A stretch of DNA of 64,000 bases from Lama glama (Eukaryota). The number at the start of each line of letters is the position of its first letter. The first letter of the stretch is position 1. Below the pieces are notes generated by a model. That model was given only the letters and a program-made list of their open reading frames with translations. It had not been told where the DNA came from and made no database searches. Shown in pieces: positions 1 to 11,000 of this stretch. The position numbers and the translations under genes were made by a program. Location: NCBI GenBank assembly GCA_028534125.1, contig CM052817.1, positions 91,390,001-91,454,000 on the forward strand, read 5' to 3'.

Positions 1-155
1 ATTTTACAGGCCTAATCTCTTCAGGTAGAAGGAAAGGCTATGAAAAGAACTAGCCTAGGCCGGATCCAGTTCACTGTGAATTGTGTAATCAGCTGGTTTA
101 CCACTCATGATATTATTTAACACTATGGAACCCAAACTTTGGAAAATGTACTTTT

Positions 156-473
156 TTTTAACCTTTTTTTCTTATTTTAAACTTCAAATATAGTTGATCT
201 ATAATATTGTGTTAGTTTCATGTGTACAGCAAAGTGATTCAGTTATACACTCTTTTTCAGATTCTTTTCCATTATAGGTTATTATAAGATATTGAATATA
301 GTTCCCTGTGTTATACAGTAGGTCCTTGTTATTTATCTATTTTGTGTATAGTAGTATGTATCTGCTAATCCCAAACTCCTAATTTATCCTTCCCTCTTTC
401 CCCTTTGGTAACTATTAATTTGTTTCCTGTGTCTGTAAGTCTGTTCTATTCTGTAAGTAAGTACATTTGTGTC
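156..473 (-). mobile_element. 5'-truncated L1 3' end
   Basis: Artiodactyl-type L1 3' UTR (...GAATATAGTTCCCTGTG...); 16-bp TSD TGGAAAATGTACTTTT at 140-155 and 474-489. Confidence 0.85.
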
Positions 474-3044
474 TGGAAAATGTACTTTTGAACTGTACTG
501 TAAGAATCATAGGGACAGAATTCACACTTATATATGGGGAACTTTTTCTCCGACAAACCATGTTCCCACTATCACTCAACTTGGGGAAAAGTTGGTTCAG
601 ACACAGAAAGAAGCTGAGGACTTGAGAGGTGGCCTGTGTCTTTTAGAGGAGAGAAAGTCTTCCTCTCCCCTCTGGGACTCAGCAGGGGCTGGGGAGGTGT
701 TGTGTCTGTATTCTGAGGCCAAAGTGAGAGGTTAGAGTGGTCAAGCAGGTCTTTGGGTGACAGGGTAAGCTGTCGGAGATCCGGTGCAGGAGCCAGGCTG
801 GGAGCTAACTCGGCCGGAGAGCCCAGGGCGGATCTGGGATTGAGCTGTAGTTGTAAAGTATTTTTTGTGTTGTACTCCTTCCCTGAGCTTCCAGTAAAAC
901 TATGGCTTAATCAGTGTTGTGAGGAATTAGTTAAAAGTTATGCCCACATTTGGGCAAATCTATGAAAGAAGCATACTGCCCAGGCTGTATGCCCATGTGA
1001 ACCTCATCCACCACGCATGTCAGAATTTATAGGGCCCAATGAATGATATCCCTATTTCCTGCCCACATGTGGAACCTATTGAGAAAAAAATGAAAGAGGA
1101 AAGCAGCAAGAGAGAAAAATGTCACCTTTATTGCCATTAAAGGCAGTTGAAGGATGTAGATTAGGTATGTTAGCCAAGGGGATTACTTAATATTTCACCC
1201 CTAAATTAAACTTACCTGCCTCCTCGTAGATGGTGCTGGACAACCACGTGAAAAAGTAGAGGTGACTGTGCACCCAGAGATCAGGCAAAACTCAAGACAA
1301 AAGAAGGAGGAAGAACTTGAAGATGTTCAGCTTCTTCTCCCAAAATCTCCATTGAAATACCTCACTCCTCCCCTAGGGACCAGACCATAAACAGGGCAGA
1401 GAAAGGCCAGGGGTATTAGACATGAAGCCAGAGCAAAGGAGATATCCCATTCCCCGGAATAGTTTGAAGCAGTGAGTGTCAAGGCCCATCATTGTAAATG
1501 TCTGGATTACAACATCACAATTAGAAATTTGCTGAAATGAAGACCAGAGAAATAAACATAAAAATTTATTAGTTATGATCACTTTTATTTTACACTCATC
1601 AAATAGAACACCCAGATGTGCAATAATAATTAAAATCATTCATCTTCACTATTTTGCCAATTTTTAGTCATATTAAGAAACATAGCTTTACATATATTTC
1701 AGTTTTATTACTCTGAAGGTATATTTCTCAAGGTTGGAGGATGGAACAGATTTTACTACACAGTTTGTCTACGTGATTGATCATCTCTACATATGTAGAC
1801 ATTTGGTGTGTGGGCTGCCGGTTGAATTCTTGTACTACTTTCCTGATTTAGCCTGAGTAACTTGCAGCCCCACTGTGGCAAGAACTGGAGGGATTGGGCC
1901 CATCCTGGTCAGTTTCTCATGTGGGAGTGCTTTGGGACTGACAGGGCTAAGAGAGGGGTGGACTTATTCCCTGCTTTTGGGCAAAATAAACAAAACGTGC
2001 TACAGGGAACTTGGTCAGTTGCATATGTCAGAACTGAAGGGGCATAAGCATCCCCAAGGCCCCCCCCCCCAATATCCAAGGAGTTCTAGTCCAGCAGGCA
2101 GGGCATGCCAGCGGGAGTCTCCTAGTGGGGAGATGTGATGCATGGTGAGCTGAAGGGCAGTGTTGGGTGGTCCATTAGCTTCCAGCAGGACGGCAGATAA
2201 GCTATGGGGGCAGGGAGGTGAAAGCCCGGTCTTATCCCTAGGAAAGAAAAATGACAAAACCTAGGCATCTTACAAGTACCCGAATCCATTGCCAGGGAAG
2301 ATTCTACTTCTGGCAGAGTATCCTGGTGTCTAAAGCCGACACTGCAACAAATTTTAGACACACACACCTTAAGCCAACATAGCAGGTTATTGGGAAGGGT
2401 ACAGCTTAGAGGGTAGCATTAGGGGCCCAGAGCTCACCCAGGAAGTGTGGAATTGGCAGACATGTAGGGCTAATAACAGTAGAATTAATCCCAGACACCA
2501 TCTGTGGGTGAAAATGAGCTCTAGATATTTTGCCCGCCTTGGTCAGGACTGTCTTCAAAACTGAGAAGTCCATGGTTATGGTGCTGGACCTGGAAAAGCA
2601 GGGAAGTCAAGCATCAGTAGTTGGCTATGAGGGAGCTAATTGTAACTAGAAGGTCTTTCAGTATCCATCAGATACAACATGCAAATTACTCATTCCCATG
2701 AAACATTAGTTTTGAGCAAAAGAAAGAAATTCTGGTGAATATTTTTTAGATACTTGGGTTGCTGAGTGACAGCACACTCTAGGGGTAGAGTAAGGTGACT
2801 GATCAGAGGACTGCAGCAATGGTGTTTGTCACGAACTGGAGAGGTGGTAATGGAGGCAGAAAGAAGTGGGATAATCTGGTAAAGAGGAGGAAATCACAGA
2901 AGGAGAAAGATGAGAAAATTAACACAGCAAAATCGTTGGGAAGAAGGGTGGGGATAACAGCAGAGCCCAGGGAAAGCTAGCTTGGACATTTATTGTATGT
3001 AGCAGGAATGAAGGCAGAAAAAGTGGAACTGAGGCTATGTAAGA

Positions 3045-3282
3045 TTTATTCAACTCCTACTATGTCAGGACTGTTCTAAGGCATTCCATGCATCTTAATT
3101 CATTCAGTCCTCACAACAGCCCCATGAAGCAGGTATTATTATCATCTTCATCGTACAGAAGAGAAAGAAACTCGGCCACTAAGTGGGTGGCTTGCCGCAG
3201 GCCCTGTAAGTAGGAAGCAGCAGGGCTGAGATTTGAACTTGGGCAATTGGAAACCACACTTTGAGCTCTTAATACCATACTA
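3045..3282 (-). mobile_element. MIR
   Basis: CCTCACAACAGCCCCATGAAGCAGGTATTATTATC...GATTTGAAC matches the reverse MIR core. Confidence 0.75.
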
Positions 3283-3699
3283 AGTCCCTCCACATGGGGA
3301 GGCTGGTAGATCTGATGGTGGGAAAACTGCAAGGAATGATAAATTATGCCTCCCAGGAAATATGCTTTATAAAAGCCCTCTAGTAAACCAGAAGGAAATA
3401 TGGCTCACCTGAAATCCCCGAATGTCATGCCCCTCATTTGGGAGCATTTGAAGAATCTGGGATATGTTCCAACAAGCGACAAACACAATAACCTTTTTTC
3501 ATCCCGGCCACTAGAGGGGAGAGTGGAGTGTCAAAAAACTTAGCTATCTTGCATGGGTTCTCAGTGGCTGAGAATTGCTGTTAGTCCTTGCCCTAACATT
3601 GGCAGTACATGAAACTTCTTTGTATTTTTCGCTTGTGAGAGATCATCTTCAAATAAAACTCATCAAGCATCCATAAACATTTTTCTTCACTCTCTGAAA

Positions 3700-4030
3700 A
3701 GAAATATATTCTGCTAAGTGAAATAAAGTAGACACAAGAGACCACATGTTGTCTGATTCCATTTATATGAAATATCCAGAAAAGACAAAGTTCTAAACAG
3801 AAAGTAGATTGGTATTTGCCTGGCGTAGGGGGGGCTCAGGAGGGGAAAAGGGATTGACAGTAAATGTGTGTGAGGGATCTTCCTGAGTGATGAGGCTGTT
3901 CTACAATGCATATATGGTGACAACTGCACATATAAAATAGTAAAGTAACTATTAAAAATAATTGAATTGTACACTTGAGATTAGTGGATTATGTGATTTA
4001 TAAAACAGACCTCAACAAAGACATGTTGGG
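3700..4030 (+). mobile_element. Old L1M 3' UTR fragment
   Basis: CTAAGTGAAA...GATTCCATTTATATGAAATATCCAGA motif typical of L1MB/MC/ME 3' ends. Confidence 0.7.
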
Positions 4031-4507
4031 GAAAAAAAGAAGTGTAACATTTTATAAAACAACCCCCCAAAAAGCCTATGCATTCAAAAAGATTGAAAAC
4101 ATAAGTTTATGTATGCATAGAAATGTCTAGGAGGATAGCCACTATTTAGTGATTAACTCTAGGAAATGCTATTGTGGGGGAAAACTGGGAAGTTTTTGAT
4201 ATTCTATGTCTTTCTGTATTTTGGGGGGCAATAATTGATTAAAATTAATTTAAAACATTTTTGAGAGATAGGAAGTCAAAATGCATAAAATGCAATGGAA
4301 TTATAAGTTTCATTTCCTTTGGATAGTGGAACATGGCTTATATTCTTGTCTTTCTATGTTTAATTTCTAATTATAAATTATTATATATTACTTCCATAAT
4401 AAAAATTGGAAGAAGCTTAATTTAAAATAAAAACCAGGAAATATTCAAATTACTTTTTAAAAATCACCTTTAGTAAAATGTTTATGGTATTTCATATATA
4501 ACAGGAG

Positions 4508-5026
4508 TTTTTTTTACTGTTTTATTTTTCTAATTAATATTTAAAAATTGAAGCATAGTCAGTTTACAGTGTTTTGTTAATTTCTGGTGTGCAGCATAGT
4601 GGTTAAGTTTTTATATATATATATACATATACATATTTCTTTTTCTATTCTTTTTCATTATAGGCCATAAACAAGATATTGAATATAGTTCCCTGTGTTA
4701 TGCAGTATGACCTTGTTCTCTTTTATATATAGTAGTTTGTATGTACAATTCCCAAACTCTCCAGTTTATCCCTCTTCCCCCTGGTAACCATAAGTTTGTT
4801 TTCTATATCTGTGAGTCTGTCTCTGTTTTGTAAATAAGTTCATTTGTGTCCATTTTTTTTAGATTCCACTTATGAGTGATAGCATATGGTATTTTTCTTT
4901 CTCTTTCTGGGTAGCTTCACTTAGAATGATGATCTCCAGGTCCATCCATGTTGCTGAAAATGGCATTATTTTATTTTTTTGACTGAGTAGTATTCCATTG
5001 TGTGTGTGTATGTGTGTGTGTGTATG

Positions 5027-5057
<31 letters not shown>

Positions 5058-5097
5058 ATATATATATATACACGCACAACTTCTTTATCCAGTCATC
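4508..5097 (-). mobile_element. 5'-truncated L1 (ORF2 C-terminus + 3' UTR) with TA/TG microsatellite
   Basis: ORF2-end-like IMPFSATWMDLEIIILSE; TSD TATAACAGGAG at 4497-4507 and 5098-5108. Confidence 0.88.
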
Positions 5098-5596
5098 TAT
5101 AACAGGAGACTTTTTAGCTCAACAAAGACTGGGCCTTAGACACTTAGATAAAGAGAGGTAATACCCACTGGCATTTGAGCTAAATTCTGTCTAGTGAAGC
5201 TGGAAGGTATTCCATTGTCATTTTTATCTGCATTTACAAATTTATATAGGATTGGTGGGGGGAAACCTTTGTGAGATTAGAGGTTGGGATGTAGATCTTT
5301 CCTTTTACGTTTCACATTTGTTAGCACATGTCTGATGGCAAAGATGGCTGTGGGGAGCTTGGTAGGAATCAGATATTAAAATGACAGTGGGAGAGCAAAA
5401 TTGTTGAGAAGAAATTTACCATAGAGAAGGGACAATCTAGCTGATGACCCAGACCTTTCCGTAGCACCTGAATCACTGGAAGTAAATGTTGACTTGGGGC
5501 ACAGTATGAGTTGAGGCAGGAATTTCTCCCTACCTAAATACTATGGAATACCTTGGGGAAAAAATGTCTGCATGTAATGAATTAGAAACACTGTAC

Positions 5597-5743
5597 CGCG
5601 GGGAAGGGTGTAGCTCAAGTGGTAAAGGGCGTGCTTAGCTCGCAGAAGGTCCTGGGTTCAATTCCCAGCACCTCCTCTAAAAACAAATTAGTAAATAAAC
5701 TTAATTACCACCCCCCCAAAAAAAAGAAATAAAAAAAAAAAAA
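5597..5743 (+). mobile_element. tRNA-derived SINE (camelid Vic-1-like)
   Basis: A/B-box head GGGTGTAGCTCAAGTGG...GGTTCAATTCCC, A-rich tail, TSD AGAAACACTGTAC at 5584-5596 and 5744-5756. Confidence 0.9.
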
Positions 5744-7321
5744 AGAAACACTGTACTGAGAAGGCCACTTCTAAAAGTGACAGTGGAGCAAAGTGCCTAG
5801 AAGAAACACAGAACCCCAGCCACACTGGCAGATGCCTCTATCAGTAGCCATGGAAACAGAAAGCAGGGCACCAGAGCTAACAGAAATACACCTTCGAATA
5901 AAGGTCTCTTGAAGACTAGGACTTTTGTCTGTTTTGGTGTCTGCTTAGAACAGTGCCTGACATGTAGTAGGCACTTAATAACTACTTGTGGAAAGGTGTA
6001 TGAATGAAAGAATGAGTGTATGAGTGGGCAGCAGCCTGGCCCTTGGCTTGCTGTGCTACCTGGTTTTCAGCAGCACAGCAGCTGTCCTGGCAGGGAGGCA
6101 AGGGCCCTGGAGGCCACAATGAAAGGCAGGTGAGGTCTGGAAGTCAGTGATCAATGAGTCAAGCATGATTTCACGTAGTAGGAAAGCTTTTTACTAGCCC
6201 ATGCTAGAGAGTCTAGAGTGAGGGTGCCCTGTCATCCCACTGATGCCCAGGAATGATTTAACTGATTCCCCCTGCTAGTATATGCCCTCCAAGAGAGCGA
6301 CCTTTCAGAGCACAGCACAGATGGGCTTCTAGACAGAGCTGTGCCAAATTTCAGAAACAGAAATGATCCTTTATGTGGCTCAGAAACACAGCTATAATCT
6401 TGCTTAGAGTTCTGGTTTTTTTTTCCCCTTTGGGGAGAGTGGGGAGAGATGGGAAGAATGTCAGAGAATATCCTTTAAAATAATGATACTTTTTTAAAAC
6501 TACCTTTTAAATAGGTTGTATTTAGAATATAGTGGTTAGACCATGGGTGTATGTATTATTCCTCCTGAAAAGTAAAGATTTAAATTCAAAACATCTAAGA
6601 AAATGCCTTATTATGTTTTTCTCTCTCTGAACCAAGAAAATGCCCAAGAATGTCATAATTGTTATATATTCTATTACCTTAAAATAAAGGGAAACTTTTA
6701 GTGATTGAAAAGTAGTACAGTGCAATCCAGGTGGCTTAGCTGAGACAGAGTAGTCAATAAAATATTTGACTAAAGGCAAAAAGAGTTGCCTCTAGGTACT
6801 GGTGTTCTGATTATATAACACCCACATTAAGTTTTTTATTTATTTATTTATTTTTAGTTCATGTGAAAGCATGGAAATGCTTTAGGCATGAAGACAGCAT
6901 TAACTGTATAAAAGGGCCGAAAGGCAATGGTCCTGTCCAAACAGGCCCCTGCTCTGTGATGATTAGGGTTATATTCCACGATATTAGAGCTCCAGGTAGC
7001 TCATCCAGCGTACAATGGTGGCATACACCCTAATTAGAACAGTAGCAGTGCCACCTACAGGAATCACCTGCAGACACCAAACATTTTAGACTGAATGGTC
7101 ACCCTGATTGCTCCCTTCACCTGGAATGCCCACTGACCCATCTCCTCTTCTTCATCTGGGTACCCTACTCATCCTTTAAAGCGCAAGTGAGAAATCATCT
7201 TAGCCAGGAAGCCTTCTGTGAGCATGATCCAGTTCCCCCTCTTCCTATAGACTCCCATAGCTGCTTTCACATTTCTGTGTTGTAACACATTTTGTAGCAC
7301 ATTTTGTTTGTCTTTCTCCTC

Positions 7322-7525
7322 TTTTTTTTTTTTTTTTGGAGAAGTGCTAAATATTCTTTATTTGATGTTATACATAAACCAAAGTAAAATGCCTATTATT
7401 AAATAAAAGGCAATATTTTAGATAAAGAGAATTTTAATTAAATTGGCATAGTTAAGACCAAAAAGATGAAGTGGACATTGTCAGTTTATTTTCAGCCCTT
7501 GCCTTAACAGGTTAACTGGATTAAG
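7322..7525 (-). pseudogene. Retroposed mRNA 3'-end fragment (parent not established)
   Basis: T16 tract, with AATAAA on the minus strand (7357-7362) about 20 nt from it. Unique UTR-like sequence interrupting an L2 relic. Confidence 0.6.
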
Positions 7526-8269
7526 CTTCTCAGTCTATCCACATACCTAGCACAATGCCAATACCATAGCCGGCAGTTCAATAAATGTCCATTAATAAAT
7601 GCTATTCAGAGTCTTGAAAAGCAGTTAATTGATCTGAACATTTGGTTAACGAGGTTACTTAGAGAACTCTACTAACGACAAGTCTTGATCATGCAAAGTT
7701 TTCCACTGGTCATCAAAAGGAAAAACATTTGAGAAACACTGCTCAGTTGTCTTCTCTCAAAGAGGACACAAAATTCTCAGCTCTCTTTTTCTGCTCAGAA
7801 AAGCCTAAGAATGAGGATAATCATCTTTCTTTTTATTTTCAATAAGGGTTTCTGCTGTATGGCAGGGAAACTGGCAGGAAATTATAACCAGGTACTGCTT
7901 TGGAGAATCTGAACCCTTTCTTTCTCTTCCAAGTTCAGGATGGCACATTCCCAATTCCCTGCTGACCACAAAAAATGAGAATCAAGCCTCAAGCCTGCAA
8001 CACCTATGGCCAAGGAGAAAAATTGTTCTTAAATTTCCACTTGATAGGGTTACTCAGATGCAGAGGGACGTAACCATGGGCCACCTTTGATCACTCAAAT
8101 CACAGAGCCTGTCACAGATTCCAGAAAGGAATCTTAGGCAAGTATCCAGTCATATAGCCTGGGCAACCTAAAAATGAAGCTGGAATCTTTTTCATTGTTA
8201 ATTGTAGGGCAATCAGGTGACAGATTTTTAACCAATTATAAAAGATGGTGAGCATGTGCTTTTCTTGGG

Positions 8270-8382
8270 GGGCAGTAATTAAGGATATTTATTTATTTAC
8301 TTTAGTGGAGGTACTGGGAATTGAACCTAGGTCCTCTTGCATGTTAAGCATATGCTTTACCACTGAGCTATACCCTCCTCCC
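8270..8382 (-). mobile_element. tRNA-derived SINE (Vic-1-like)
   Basis: Reverse complement of the same SINE head; TTCTTGGG flanks on both sides. Confidence 0.85.
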
Positions 8383-9859
8383 TTCTTGGGATACTTTAGA
8401 GTGGGCCTTATATAAAAGTATTATTTGTCCTAGAGTCAGGTAGATCTTTCTTTATCCCCATCCCACATTTTACATTTTTAAAAAATGAAGCAGGAAATTG
8501 CTTCAATAAAATGTCTGGAAGAAAATCAAATGTTTTCAGGCCATTCAGAGAAAAGGATTTTTTTTTTTAATTAAAACTTACCAAAGGGAGATAAAAAGTA
8601 AGTAATGTCCAATTCTTAAAATCCCAAAGAGGAAAAAAAAATCCCAATAACTATTATCCCTCTATCTGTGCCACCATAATTAGACACCTCTTTCACTGAG
8701 TTATTTATCATTCGTATCTGGGACCACACTCTCTTGCCTCCTACATCCCAGCAGTCCAAGGGAGGGGGAAGGCAGCTTCTTGTCTGCAGCTTTTGGCTGT
8801 GGAGAACATTTTGGCTGTCACTTGCAGCTCTGCTTCCAAGCCTGAAGAGCCTGGGGAAGTGCCTAGCTGGTTTTATCTTTTCTGAATGTGGAGAATGCGA
8901 TAGGGAAATGCCTTCCCGGAAATGCCATTTATTCATGTTTTCTGGGTCTCCTACAGAGTACTCTGGGCTCATGCAGGGAGGCAGAAAAGGATTCTCTCTC
9001 TGACGTTTACTGAGGCCTAAGATGTTGTAAGTAGGACTCAATCTCATCATAACTGAGTGAACTCTCATCATTGTATTTCTTTTCCATGTTAAAGAAATAT
9101 AATATGCATTCTCCTTTAACACTAAAATTATAACTGAAGTCAGTGTAGTGAGTGGTTAACTTTGAGTGAAAGGTTTAAAGTCACATTATTTTTTCCCCCA
9201 CGGCTTTCCTGCTTATACAGATACAAATGTATAATCCTCCAAATTTCTTACTCATTACTGACGATAAGAAAATTTGAAATAATAGATCCTAAATTTCAAT
9301 GGCACTTAGTAAAAATTGTTAAGAAGCTACTAAAACAAGAAACAGAGATTTTCAGAACTTCAAGCACCAGATTAACAATTATCTTTTCTTTGGAAAGAAA
9401 TATTAGGATAAATATTATATTTGCATACCAGTTACCAAAAATTTAAGTGAAATCTATATATGTTTACCTATCAATAGAAAATTGCTTTTCTAAGTTTGTT
9501 TAATAAAAAGCAGCAAACAAAGAAAAAAACACCCTTTCAAGGTTTACTTAAATAGGTAATTACATTAGTTAAAATGTTTGCTGTAGAAAATTAAGTTTGT
9601 TTAAACTATAAATTATGTTTGCATTGGAGGTTGATTTTGCTCAATAACTTTGTCATATTTAACCACTCTCACCTGACTGTTAATGTAAAACACTAAACTT
9701 TTTCTTATTAATGTGGAATATATAATTGATATATAAAGCTGTTATTATATATAAGTTGTTTTCCTAGAAAAATAAATAAGGGACTCAAACAGAATAACTT
9801 TAATATCCACATAGAATCTTAATTTCCCAGGATAAAACTTTACTGAACAACCACAAATT

Positions 9860-11000
9860 ATTTTTCCATTTTCTATTGATATTCACTTAGGTTGCTTTCA
9901 ATTTTTTCATTATTACAGTGTTTCTGTGCCCATTCTGGTACGTATCACCTTGAGCACATGTGAGTTTCCATTTCTAAAATATATACCTAGAAATGGAATT
10001 GTTGGGTCATAGGGTATGAGTAGCTTCATCTTTACTAGATATTGTTAAATTCCTTTTCAAATTGTGTCTATCAATAAACATTGATTATACAAACACATCA
10101 CCTCATATTAGATTTTTGAAATTTTCACAAATCTGATAGGTGTACATTTTTTGCATATTATTGTTTTTGCTTGCCCTTCATTGGTTACCAGTAAAATTGA
10201 GGATCTTTTCATAAATTTGTTAGCTGTTCAGAGGAGGGAAGGGTATAGTTCAGTGGTAGAGTGCATGCTTAGTATGCAGGAGGTCCTGGGTTCAGGCCCC
10301 AGTACCTCCATTACAAAAAATAAATGAATAAATAAACTTAATTACCTCCGTCCCATGTAAATAAATAAACAAATAAAAATTAAAAAAATTTTTAATGTGT
10401 TAGCTATTCAGCTTTCTTCTGTGAATTCTTATCCTTTGTGAATTTCTTAGAATGTTTCTTTTTTTATTCATTGGTAGAAATTCTTGAAATATCCCAGATT
10501 CTTATACTCTGTTGGTTTTATATCTTGTTCTTTATCTTTTCACTTTCACCATGGTTATTTTTATTGTATAGAAGTTTTTATATTAATGTAATCTAAGGTA
10601 TCACTCCTTTTCTTCTGTTTAGCGTTTTTGTATATTGAGGCATCTTTCCCTTTTCTGAAGTCAAAGAAATATTTTCTTCCAAAAATTTTAGAGTTTTTCT
10701 TCTAACTTTTAAATTGTTAATCCATTGGGAATTTGTGTGTGTGTATGTTGTAAGGTAAGAGGCTACTTTTATTTTATTTTTCCATGTGGACACCTAATAG
10801 TCTCTGCCCCACTTACTAAAGAGTTCATCATTTCCTTACTGATTCCAAATCAGTCATAGTACTCCTTTTCATATATGTGTGGGCTTGTTTCTCAGCTGCC
10901 TGTTCTTTTCCATTGCTATTTGTTTATCTATTCACATATACCAACTATCTTAACTGCTATAGTTTTATAAGTCTTTATATCTAGTATAGTAAGTCCTCCC
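9860..11000 (-). mobile_element. Old L1M ORF2 relic
   Basis: Antisense L1 text (ATACCTAGAAATGGAATTGTTGGGTCATAGGG); residual ORF2-like peptide at 10593-10793. Confidence 0.7.
10232..10396 (+). mobile_element. tRNA-derived SINE (Vic-1-like) nested in an old L1
   Basis: SINE head and tail; TSD TGTTAGCT(G/A)TTCAG. Confidence 0.9.

Noticed and set aside
500..2600. ORFs at 469, 753 and 1862-2367
   Set aside because: Short, mostly non-ATG starts, in sequence that looks like old LTR relics. The family could not be assigned by eye.
4859..5077. 72-aa ORF
   Set aside because: L1 ORF2 C-terminal relic fused to a microsatellite.
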